A stretch of DNA of 64,000 nt from Candidatus Latescibacterota bacterium. Its GTDB lineage: Bacteria > Latescibacterota > UBA2968 > UBA8231. Under the pieces are notes generated by a model, which was not told the origin of the DNA, did not search any database, and was given only the letters and a program-made list of their open reading frames with translations. Shown here piece by piece: positions 1 to 8,407 of the stretch. Made by a program: the position numbers and the translations under genes. Within the stretch, counting starts at the first letter, position 1, and the number at the start of each line of letters is the position of its first letter. The DNA lies in assembly GCA_963422735.1 (NCBI GenBank), contig OY730476.1:3776001-3840000 (forward strand), given 5' to 3'.

Positions 1-139
1 GGTTCAGCTGTCTTCGGTGCTCAAGACCCAGCCCGCGTCATCGCCGACTTGCGCGGCTGACCTACTTCTGTTGCCATATCTATATGTTAACCTATATTTT
101 AATTCTTTTGTCGCATTCCACCACTCGACGCATCGGCCC

Positions 140-1468
140 ATGTTTGACCGACTCAGCGAACGCTTTGATGACCTCTTCCGCTCGCTCCGCGGGCAGGGGC
201 GCATTACCGAGCGCAACATCGACGATACCTTGCGCCAGATCCGCCGCTCTCTGCTCGAAGCCGATGTCAACTTCAAGGTCGCCAAGGACTTTATTCAGCG
301 GGTCAAAGAGCAAGCCCTCGGCCAAGACGTACTCAAAAGCCTGACCCCGGGCCAGCAGCTAGTCAAAATCGTCCACCGCGAACTCGTCGCCTTGCTGGGG
401 GGCAACAACAGCCCGCCCAATCTCGCCGAGCACCCCCCCACCGTCGTCATGCTCGTCGGCCTGCAGGGCTGTGGCAAGACGACTATGGCTGCCAAGCTGG
501 CCCGCCAGTTCAAGGAAAGAGGCCGGCCCCCGCTGCTGATCGCCGCCGATGTGTACCGCCCGGCCGCCGTGGCCCAGCTCCAATCGCTGGGAGCCTCTAT
601 TGATGTGACCGTTTTCAGCCAACCCGCAGGTGTCGATCCGGTTGCCATCTGCCGCCGAGGCATCGACCAAGCCCGCCAAACTCACCGCAGTGTCGCGCTC
701 ATAGACACGGCGGGGCGTCTGAGCATCGACGAGGAGTTGATGGACGAGCTGGACCGCATCCAGCAGGCGGTCGAGCCGCACGAGATCCTCTTTGTCGCCG
801 ACAGCATGCAGGGCCAAGACGCCGTAAAGACTGCTGCCCGCTTTAACCAGCGCCTCGCGTTTACCGGCTGTGCCCTGACCAAGCTCGACAGCGACGCCCG
901 CGGCGGGGCCGCGCTGTCGATCCGCGCCGTCACCGGCCGGCCGATCAAATTCGTCGGCACCGGAGAGAAAATCGAAGACCTAGAATCTTTTCACCCCGAC
1001 CGCATGGCCTCGCGCATCCTCGGGATGGGAGACATTGTCTCGCTTGTGGAAAGGGCCGAGCAGGCCATGGAGCGCGACAGGGCCAAACAGCTAGAAGAAA
1101 AGCTCCGCCGGGCCTCTTTCACCTTTGATGATTTTCTCTCGCAGTTGCAAGCGGTGCGCCGCATGGGGCCTCTCGACCAACTCATGGGCATGATTCCTAA
1201 AGGGGGCAAAGCTGCCAAGGACATGCAGCTCGACGAAAGCGCATTTACCCAAGTCGAGGCCATCATCAATTCCATGACCCGCCAAGAGCGAGTCCAACCC
1301 AAGATTCTCAACGGCAGCCGCCGCAAGCGGATTGCTCGCGGCAGCGGCACGACCGTCCAAGACGTGAACCAGCTAGTCAAGCAATTTCAGATGATGCAAA
1401 AAATGATCAGGCAGATGGGCCGCGCCAAAGGCGGCCGCTCAAAAATAAGAATGCCCCTTGTGGGCTAG
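140..1468 (+). CDS. ffh: Signal recognition particle protein Ffh
   Basis: MFDRLSERF start at ATG 140; GLQGCGKTT, DTAGR, TKLDSDARGGAALS and GTGEK motifs; M domain RILGMGD and SRRKRIARGSG. Confidence 0.98.
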   Translation: MFDRLSERFDDLFRSLRGQGRITERNIDDTLRQIRRSLLEADVNFKVAKDFIQRVKEQALGQDVLKSLTPGQQLVKIVHRELVALLGGNNSPPNLAEHPPTVVMLVGLQGCGKTTMAAKLARQFKERGRPPLLIAADVYRPAAVAQLQSLGASIDVTVFSQPAGVDPVAICRRGIDQARQTHRSVALIDTAGRLSIDEELMDELDRIQQAVEPHEILFVADSMQGQDAVKTAARFNQRLAFTGCALTKLDSDARGGAALSIRAVTGRPIKFVGTGEKIEDLESFHPDRMASRILGMGDIVSLVERAEQAMERDRAKQLEEKLRRASFTFDDFLSQLQAVRRMGPLDQLMGMIPKGGKAAKDMQLDESAFTQVEAIINSMTRQERVQPKILNGSRRKRIARGSGTTVQDVNQLVKQFQMMQKMIRQMGRAKGGRSKIRMPLVG

Positions 1469-1493
1469 GCATCCCTCGCCAAGGAGAATAGCA

Positions 1494-1850
1494 TTGGTCA
1501 AACTTCGCCTTAAGAGAATAGGCAAAAGCAAACAGCCTTACTACCGGATCGTCGCCACCCACGTCAGCGTCGCCCGCAACGGCCGCGCCCTCGCAGAGGT
1601 GGGGCTCTACGACCCCATGCATGCGAGCGTCAAAATTGACGAGGAGTGCGCCATAGAGTGGCTCAACAAAGGTGCGCAGATGAGCGAAACCGTCGCCAAT
1701 CTCTTCGACAGCCAAGGGATATTGGCCCGCTGGAAGGGCAGGGAGGGCCAAGTGCGCGACGACGCTCTCACCCGCGACAAGCCCAAGAGCCGGCGCAAGC
1801 ACGCGGCCGCTGCGCCTGTTGAACCGGCCGAGCAAGAGCAAGATGCCTAG
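1494..1850 (+). CDS. rpsP: 30S ribosomal protein S16
   Basis: VKLRLKRIGKSKQPYYRIV...GLYDP...WLNKGAQMSETV; TTG start after AAGGAG at 1481; canonical position after ffh. Confidence 0.96.
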   Translation: MVKLRLKRIGKSKQPYYRIVATHVSVARNGRALAEVGLYDPMHASVKIDEECAIEWLNKGAQMSETVANLFDSQGILARWKGREGQVRDDALTRDKPKSRRKHAAAAPVEPAEQEQDA

Positions 1851-1862
1851 AGGGACAACCTC

Positions 1863-2372
1863 ATGGCCGGGCGCGTCGCCGTAGCCTATATCTCCCGCAC
1901 GTGGGGAGTGCGCGGCGAAGTCCGGGCCGAGGCCCTGACGCACCGCGTCAAGCGCTTCAACGACCTGCGGGCCGTTGTCCTCCAAGGTGTAGGCCGACCC
2001 GACCTGCCGCTCGAACTCGAGCGCTGGCGCGTTGATGCCAAGAGCTTGTTGCTCAAATTCGCTGGCATCGATGCCCCCGAACAGGCGCGTTCAACCCTAG
2101 TCGGGGGCTATGTCACTATTGCTCCAGATCAGCGCGATCCCCTGCCGGAAGGTACGCACTACATCGACGATATCGTGGATTGCGCGGTCGTCACCCCGGA
2201 GGGGCAGCCATTGGGTCGGATTGTCGAGGTCGTCTCCATGCCGAGTACAGATGCCTACGTGGTTCGCGGGGCCAAAGGCGAAGCCCTCGTGCCGGCCGTC
2301 GGCGACTTTGTCGTGGACATCGCGCCGGGTCGGGTCGTCATACGGGGCGTTGAAGAGCTATTCGAGCCATGA
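1863..2372 (+). CDS. rimM: 16S rRNA processing protein RimM
   Basis: WGVRGEV, LLLKFAGID, HYIDDIVDC and PRC-barrel C-terminus; between rpsP and trmD. Confidence 0.95.
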   Translation: MAGRVAVAYISRTWGVRGEVRAEALTHRVKRFNDLRAVVLQGVGRPDLPLELERWRVDAKSLLLKFAGIDAPEQARSTLVGGYVTIAPDQRDPLPEGTHYIDDIVDCAVVTPEGQPLGRIVEVVSMPSTDAYVVRGAKGEALVPAVGDFVVDIAPGRVVIRGVEELFEP

Positions 2373-3109
2373 AAATAGACATCGCAACTCTTTTTCCGGA
2401 TTTTTTTGCCTCGCCGTTGGCGACCAGCGTGATGGCCCGCGCTATGGCTAGGGGCTTGTTGACCGTCGAGACCCACGACCCGCGCGATTGTGCGACTGAC
2501 AAACACCGCACCGTAGATGACGCGCCTTACGGCGGCGGTGGCGGCATGGTCCTCAAGCCAGAGCCCGTGTACCAGCTCTGGCAGGAGCGGGGCTTATCGA
2601 CCGGCCGCTGTATCTACCTTACAGCCGACGGCCAGCCGCTCAACCAAGCCCTAGCCGTCGAGCTAGCGCTCGAGGAGCGCTTGGTGTTGTTATGCGGGCA
2701 TTACAAAGGAGTAGATGAGCGAATCCGCACCGGGCTTATCGACCAAGAAATCTCGATCGGCGACTATGTGCTCACCGGCGGCGAGCCGGCCGCCCTCGTC
2801 CTCATCGACGCTGTGGTACGGCTCATACCCAACGTTTTGGGCAATTTTTCTTCGGCCTTGGACGACTCGTTCCAAGAGGTCGTACTCGATTGCCCTTGGT
2901 ACACGCGACCAGTTGAATTCCGCGGCCAGCGCGTCCCCGATGCGCTGCTTTCGGGCGATCACGAGCACATAGAGCACTGGCGGCGACGCCAAGCCCTGCG
3001 GCGCACGTTTGTGCGCCGGCCCGACTTGCTGCAACAGATCGAACTCGACGAAGAAGAACAACAGCTCATCGCCACTTGGCAGGAGCAAGGGCTAGAAGAA
3101 GCCCCATAA
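2369..3109 (+). CDS. trmD: tRNA (guanine37-N1)-methyltransferase
   Basis: [47 protein letters not shown] motifs; ATGA overlap with rimM. Confidence 0.98.
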   Translation: MKIDIATLFPDFFASPLATSVMARAMARGLLTVETHDPRDCATDKHRTVDDAPYGGGGGMVLKPEPVYQLWQERGLSTGRCIYLTADGQPLNQALAVELALEERLVLLCGHYKGVDERIRTGLIDQEISIGDYVLTGGEPAALVLIDAVVRLIPNVLGNFSSALDDSFQEVVLDCPWYTRPVEFRGQRVPDALLSGDHEHIEHWRRRQALRRTFVRRPDLLQQIELDEEEQQLIATWQEQGLEEAP

Positions 3110-3135
3110 CAAACAAGGTGATACAAGGTGATACA

Positions 3136-3489
3136 ATGGACGCGAGCATCCTGCGCGAACTAACCTCGGACCAACTCAAAACCGATCTCCCCGAATTCGG
3201 CGCTGGCGACACCGTGTGCATACACGTGCGGGTCATCGAGGGCGACAAGGAGCGCACCCAAGTCTTTGAAGGGACCGTCATCCAGCGCAGAGGCAGCGGC
3301 ATCCAAGAGACCTTTACCGTGCGCAAGATATCTCAGGGCATCGCCATCGAGCGCATCTTTCCCATGCACTCGCCGCGCATCGCCAAGATCGAGCGCACGC
3401 GCGAGGGCCGGGTGCGCCGGGCACGTCTCTTTTACCTACGCGGTCGCAAAGGTCGCGCCGCTCGCATCCGCGAAAAGCGGTCGCGGTAA
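3136..3489 (+). CDS. rplS: 50S ribosomal protein L19
   Basis: [44 protein letters not shown]. Confidence 0.98.
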   Translation: MDASILRELTSDQLKTDLPEFGAGDTVCIHVRVIEGDKERTQVFEGTVIQRRGSGIQETFTVRKISQGIAIERIFPMHSPRIAKIERTREGRVRRARLFYLRGRKGRAARIREKRSR

Positions 3490-3503
3490 GCGGAGTTCAC
3501 GCC

Positions 3504-3737
3504 ATGGCCCGACGCGGAGACCTGCCTTTTTCGCGCAAAAACTGGTCCTTGGCCGTAGCCGGTCTATCCGTGATCTTGCTCGGCTATGTGTTTTTGCGCA
3601 TCCCGCCGGCCGATGGCTTCTTCTCTCTCACCCTCGCGCCCGTACTCCTAGTCGTCGGTTACTGCGTCCTGATTCCCATGGCGATCTTGGTCCGGGACCA
3701 GTCAGCGGACGAGGGAGACGAGGCTGAACAGACATGA
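3504..3737 (+). CDS. Small two-TM membrane protein, DUF3098-like
   Basis: 77 aa with LPFSRKNW, two hydrophobic helices and SLTLAPVLLVVGY, resembling FCB DUF3098 proteins. Confidence 0.65.
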   Translation: MARRGDLPFSRKNWSLAVAGLSVILLGYVFLRIPPADGFFSLTLAPVLLVVGYCVLIPMAILVRDQSADEGDEAEQT

Positions 3738-4567
3738 CCAGTGCCCGACCCATCTTTGCCGACTATGCCCCGGACCTCTACCGCTACCATACCGAGGCCC
3801 AGCAGGTAGCTCGCTTCGCCGACATCGACCCCGAGCAGCTAGCCTTCTTCCACCAGCAGGGCTACCTAGCTATAGCAGAGGCGTTTCCGCCCATCCAAGT
3901 CGCCGCCGCTACCGCCGCGGTGTACGACCTTATCGACGGCAAACAGCCCGAATTTCGCGGCGTCCAACTCGAAGCCTCCGCACAGGGCCAAAAGCTGACG
4001 GGTACAGCGCGGCGTGGGGCGGTGCGCAAGCTTATGAAGTTCGTCGATTGGGATGTGCGTTTCCAACCTCTAGCCGCTGACCCAGACCTATTGGATGTCC
4101 TTGCCCGCCTGATGGACGACACGCCTGTTTTGTTCCAGGATATGGCCTTACTCAAGCCGCCTGGGGGCCGGGAAAAACCCTGGCACCAGGACTGCGCGTA
4201 CTTCAACTATCCCTTGGGCACCACCATTATCGGCGTCTGGATCGCCTTAGACCACGCCGACGCGAATAACGGCTGCCTGCACATCCTCCCCGGTACGCAC
4301 CGCGAGGGTCCGGTCAATCACTTCAAGCGTCGCGATTGGCAGATCTGCGACACCGATGTCCAGACCGAGCGCGACGTCGTCGTGCCCCTCGCCCCTGGCG
4401 GTTGCCTGCTCTGGCACGGTATGACCCACCACGGCAGCCCGACCAACCCCTCGCAAAAAATGCGCCGCGCTTTACAAATGCACTACCGACCCGCCAGCGC
4501 CGGTCAGATCGATACCGAGGAGCGCATGCAACACTTCGGCGGCGAAGTTCGCGGCGCTGAGTGCTGA
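3734..4567 (+). CDS. Phytanoyl-CoA dioxygenase (PhyH) family Fe(II)/2-oxoglutarate oxygenase
   Basis: FFHQQGYL, KPWHQD (HxD), WIALD, NGCLHILPGTH, distal HGS..N.S..RR motif. Confidence 0.9.
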   Translation: MTSARPIFADYAPDLYRYHTEAQQVARFADIDPEQLAFFHQQGYLAIAEAFPPIQVAAATAAVYDLIDGKQPEFRGVQLEASAQGQKLTGTARRGAVRKLMKFVDWDVRFQPLAADPDLLDVLARLMDDTPVLFQDMALLKPPGGREKPWHQDCAYFNYPLGTTIIGVWIALDHADANNGCLHILPGTHREGPVNHFKRRDWQICDTDVQTERDVVVPLAPGGCLLWHGMTHHGSPTNPSQKMRRALQMHYRPASAGQIDTEERMQHFGGEVRGAEC

Positions 4568-4640
4568 ACGCAGTTTTCACTCCTCCAAACGCAACGTCGC
4601 CTCGTCAATAAAACCGCTCTCCACTAGCGGATGCCTCCGA

Positions 4641-4676
4641 TGCCGTTCTAGGTACCGCTGCCGTTCTAGGTACCGC
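4641..4676. repeat. 18-bp tandem duplication TGCCGTTCTAGGTACCGC x2
   Basis: Exact copies at 4641-4658 and 4659-4676, immediately before the truncated DUF418 fragment. Confidence 0.9.
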
Positions 4677-4678
4677 AA

Positions 4679-4975
4679 GTGCCGTTATCGCGGCTTCCGT
4701 TGTGCTTGGCGAACGGTGTGAGAGGGGCCTCTTGGATTCACCCATTCGTGAGAACGGGGCAACTTTCCCTTACTCTATACGTCGCGCACGTGGTGCTTGG
4801 CATGTCGGTTCTAGAAGCCGTGGGTTGGATGGGTTCTACACAGACGTTGCCCTGGGCGTTGTTTGCGGCCGCCGCATTCTCCTTAGTAGGTGTTGTGTTC
4901 CCATACCTATGGCTAGCTCGTTACAAGCTAGGACCACTCGAAGCGATCATGCGTAAACTTACAGAGCGAAAGTAG
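4679..4975 (+). pseudogene. C-terminal fragment of a DUF418 (YeiB-like) membrane protein
   Basis: GQLSLTLYVAH and WLARYKLGPLE..MR are DUF418 C-terminal signatures; the N-terminal part is absent. Confidence 0.7.
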
Positions 4976-5153
4976 GCCACTGCGCGGTCGAGGAGTAGAT
5001 AAGTTATCTCGCCGGTGAGGTGACACTTTTTGCTGGTAGGGGTGTTAGATATGTAACATGGCTGAGCGGAGTAAGTGGACTGTCGAGAGTATCTTGGGAA
5101 GTGCAGTGTTTTCGTGAGGCCATGAATTCCTACGAGAAAGGAGGTGATGAGCA

Positions 5154-5270
5154 ATGGCTAAAGCCCATAGCGGCGGTAGCAGCAAAGGCAGCGGCGGCTG
5201 GCCGAGCAAAACCGGAAACCTTTCTGGTGGCGGGAGAGAGAATGCCCCTCCCAAAGGCAAGGGTAAGTGA
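5154..5270 (+). CDS. 38-aa Gly/Ser/Lys-rich small protein (MAKAHSGGSSKGSGGWPSKTGNLSGGGRENAPPKGKGK)
   Basis: Not in the ORF track; ATG 5154 to TGA 5270, preceded by a near-perfect Shine-Dalgarno AAAGGAGGTGA. Confidence 0.65.
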   Translation: MAKAHSGGSSKGSGGWPSKTGNLSGGGRENAPPKGKGK

Positions 5271-5345
5271 GCCAAAGCGAACTGTTTAAGTGCAGTTTGT
5301 CGTCTAAAGAGGTGTTCCGACAAAAGCTGTCGGGGCACTTTTATT

Positions 5346-5750
5346 TTATAGCAGAGATGATATTGGCGGCAAAGACCGCTGTGACGTTAATAGCTCACGT
5401 ATTCTCTCGTCTATCTTTTTCCACTCGGCACCAGATACCTCGCCCCAATTTTGTCCTTGGGATCTAATCTAGAATATGGGATTGCCTAGCTGGTTTGCTA
5501 CTGTTACCTATTTTTTCACGCCGGGCGCATTGTGGGTATCTTGGCCCACGAGAATAATCACGATATCACATTGACTGATCTTTTTTGCTTCGCCCAGCCA
5601 CTGTTCATTTGGATGATCCTCCCTAAGAGAATGATCCTTTACACGATAGAATGATCCTTTACACGATAGCCGGCATTCTCCTTTGCTAGCGCGTAGAAAT
5701 TGAGACCGAGGTGCAAACTCGAGACTCAAGAATATACGAACCTCGGCCAT
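5346..5750 (-). pseudogene. TIR-like (MTH538/DUF1863, ThsB-like) domain pseudogene
   Basis: MAEVRIFLSLEF...D.SL.E..P...W...A...I..CDIVIILVG..TH.APGVKK*V.VANQLGNPIF*IR; in-frame TAG at 5508-5510 and 5469-5471; 20-bp duplication at 5630-5669; GGAGG RBS. Confidence 0.7.
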
Positions 5751-5908
5751 ATATAGCCTCCTAAGAGATGGTATTGCGAACATTCTCGTAGAGTTGGAAA
5801 TGCTTCCACTTGGGGGAGAGAAGATCCTTTGTAGGGTAAATTGGCGGGTTTCCGTCTGTCATAGCGATAGTTGGGGCTGTGTCATGGCTGATTTGTCTTC
5901 AGCAAGAA

Positions 5909-7729
5909 TCAGTCGTCGTCTTCGCGCTCGCTGAGCAGTTCGCCGCGCTGGAGCCGCTCGGCGTTTTCCGTGGCCCAGAGGATATTCTTCATCACCTTTT
6001 GCGCGGTGATGTAGCGGGTCGCCGCCAAAAGGTGGACGCGCTTTTCCTCTGGGTCGCTGCTCAAGTCGTAGTGCCGGAACGCGGCTTCGAGCACCTGGAA
6101 CATGTGCAGTTCGGCGTCTTCGCGGAGCATGATGTGGGCCAAGGCTTGGCGGAGCTTGGCAATGTCGCGTCCTTCTTCGAGGTACTGACTGACGAGGACT
6201 TCGGCCTCGAAGACCTTTTGGAAATCGGCTAATTCGCCGAGGCGCTTGAGCATGGCCTCGCTGGAGGCAAAGTGCTCGTCGAGCTTCTGCCCGTGCTGCG
6301 GGACGCGGGCGGAGGGCATGTTGAGCCAGCGCAGGTAGGTGAGGAAGACCGCGCCGTGGAAAATGGCGCGCAACAGCTCCTTGCTAGCGGCGTAGTGGAA
6401 GGCCGCGTACAGGGCGTGGGCGTAGGAATAAATGTTGGCCACGTCGTGCCAGTCGCCCTCGTTCTTGAGGTGGAAGCGCAGGGTGCGCAACGCGCTGGCA
6501 TAGGTCATGGCGCGGCAGAGCTGGGTCGGTGGAACACCAGTGCGCAGGGCTGATTCGACGCGGGCGAGGATGGGTTCAAAGTCGTCGCCGAGCATGACTT
6601 GGGTGAAGGCGGAGATGTCGAGGGTGGCTTCGTTGCGCTGATTGTCCTCCCAGATTTCGTCTAGGCGCGAGAATATGCTTTCTAAGGCCGGCAGGCTGTC
6701 GGCCCAGCGCGAGGTTTCTTCGTGGCGGGTGCGGCTCACCAAATCGACAACGATCGGGCGGAGGATCTCGTGTGCGCCGGCCCATTCCACATAGTCGAGC
6801 GCCTCAAACATCTTATTGGCAAAGTCGAGGGCGTGCCCATCGCCGGTGAAGTAGAAGTCCGTGGCCGCTGTAAAGACAAAATCCGCGAGGGTTTCCTTGC
6901 CGCAGTCGCGGTCGTGCAGGGTGAGCAAGATGCGCTCGGCCGCGCCGAGGTGGCGCTGATCGACAAAGGTGCGAAACCAGCGCTTGAGAGTGGCCAAAAC
7001 TTGGTCGTCATGGGTGCGGGGAAAGGGGAAGCGCCGGCGGCGCGATGAGCCTGAGGTACGCCGCGAAATCTGGGTCAAACCGTGGACGAGAAAGAGGTTG
7101 TGATCGGCCTCGGCAATGTCATCCCACATGTTGGCCGCGAGGGTCAGAATAGCAACGCCCGACGACCAGCCTTCGCTGGTTTTGTGTGTACCGTAGTAGA
7201 GTCCCTGTTGGATGATCTCCTGCGGAGTGGCACCCGTCTGGCGGAGCGCGGCGACTGCTTTGGCGATGAGGAAGGAACTGCGATCCTTAAGCCCCTGTTC
7301 GAGTGCGCGCTTGCCACGGGCCACGAGCCGGAGACGGGCCTCCTCCTTCTCGCCGGGCGGGATACCCACCCACGCATAGCCGTCGTCGCGCACCTCCACG
7401 GGATAGGCTTTCAGGTCGTCGCCTGAAGTTAGTAGGCAGCCGCCGGTCTTTAGGTCAAATTCCCAGTGGTGCCAGTGGCAGATCAGCACTCCGTCGCGGA
7501 TGCTGCCTTTGGACATGGGGTAGCCCATGTGCGGACAGCGATTGTCAACAGCGTGAAAGGATCCCTCGTAAAGGAAGACCGCGAGATGAATGCCCTCAAT
7601 GGTAAAGGGCCGGCCCTCTTCTGCGGCAAATTCGCTAGCCGGTGCGAGCCGGTGATAGACGCAGGTCGCCGGATCAACATCGATCTGCGGCCGCACTTCG
7701 CTTAGGTCGAGACGTTGGGCTGTGGACAT
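5909..7729 (-). CDS. Rieske [2Fe-2S] protein with long helical His-containing C-terminal region
   Basis: DNRCPHMG...CHWHHWEFDL Rieske ligands; ~480-aa helical tail with GHALDFANK, WHDVANIYSYAH and LHMFQVLEA motifs. Confidence 0.85.
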   Translation of the reverse strand: MSTAQRLDLSEVRPQIDVDPATCVYHRLAPASEFAAEEGRPFTIEGIHLAVFLYEGSFHAVDNRCPHMGYPMSKGSIRDGVLICHWHHWEFDLKTGGCLLTSGDDLKAYPVEVRDDGYAWVGIPPGEKEEARLRLVARGKRALEQGLKDRSSFLIAKAVAALRQTGATPQEIIQQGLYYGTHKTSEGWSSGVAILTLAANMWDDIAEADHNLFLVHGLTQISRRTSGSSRRRRFPFPRTHDDQVLATLKRWFRTFVDQRHLGAAERILLTLHDRDCGKETLADFVFTAATDFYFTGDGHALDFANKMFEALDYVEWAGAHEILRPIVVDLVSRTRHEETSRWADSLPALESIFSRLDEIWEDNQRNEATLDISAFTQVMLGDDFEPILARVESALRTGVPPTQLCRAMTYASALRTLRFHLKNEGDWHDVANIYSYAHALYAAFHYAASKELLRAIFHGAVFLTYLRWLNMPSARVPQHGQKLDEHFASSEAMLKRLGELADFQKVFEAEVLVSQYLEEGRDIAKLRQALAHIMLREDAELHMFQVLEAAFRHYDLSSDPEEKRVHLLAATRYITAQKVMKNILWATENAERLQRGELLSEREDDD

Positions 7730-7879
7730 GAGTGTTGCCTCCTGTGGAATGGACTACAAGAATATGCGCTATCTGGTGGTGTAGGGCGAGGGGTCTGTGT
7801 TGACTTATAGTGCTGTGCATGGTCATGTTCTGAGGAACGAGAGATATAGCGGCGCATGACGAGGAAAGGAGACTTTAGT

Positions 7880-8323
7880 ATGACTTTGCGAATTTTGCTA
7901 GTAGCCGTACTCTTTTTGGGCGGTGTGGTCGCCGACGAGGCCACCGCGCGCAGCAAGCGCGTAAAGCAGGTTCCCAACGGCCCCGCGGCTAGCTGTAACA
8001 CCTGCCACACGGCCGGTGGCGGTTCGCCGCTCAATCCGTTTGGCTTGGAGATTGCAACCAACTTCCTCAGTGCGGCCGGCGCAGCCGGTGACGTGCGTTG
8101 GGGAGCGGAGTTGGCGGCGTTGGACTCCGATGGCGACGGGGTAGCCAATGGCGCGGAGCTAGGCGATCCCGACGGCACTTGGGTGTTGGGCGATGCCAAT
8201 CCAGAAGGCGAAGTGTTTCATCCCGGCAATCCAGAGAGTACTCCGCCACCCGCACCGCAAGAGACGGCTGTTGAGGAGACGACTTGGGCGCGGATCAAGC
8301 AACTGATTGGTGCGCTCGACTAA
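7880..8323 (+). CDS. Secreted temptin-like protein with CxxCH motif and C-terminal TAVE-W-IK tail
   Basis: Signal peptide; PNG..SCNTCH..GGG.PLNPFG; LDSDGDG.ANG.ELGDPDG.W; tail TAVEETTWARIKQL; RBS AAAGGAG. Confidence 0.7.
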   Translation: MTLRILLVAVLFLGGVVADEATARSKRVKQVPNGPAASCNTCHTAGGGSPLNPFGLEIATNFLSAAGAAGDVRWGAELAALDSDGDGVANGAELGDPDGTWVLGDANPEGEVFHPGNPESTPPPAPQETAVEETTWARIKQLIGALD

Positions 8324-8407
8324 GGCAGATCGGATGGTTTGTCGCGGTGGTTTTCGACCCCGTGCTGGCGTTGAGTGGGTTCGCCGGTCGAATTGTGAGT
8401 TCGCAAC

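Noticed and set aside
17-139. N-terminal extensions in the ORF track (ffh, rplS, glk, 49373, 50949, 27254, 31824)
   Set aside because: Family N-termini, signal peptides and RBS positions support the downstream starts used here
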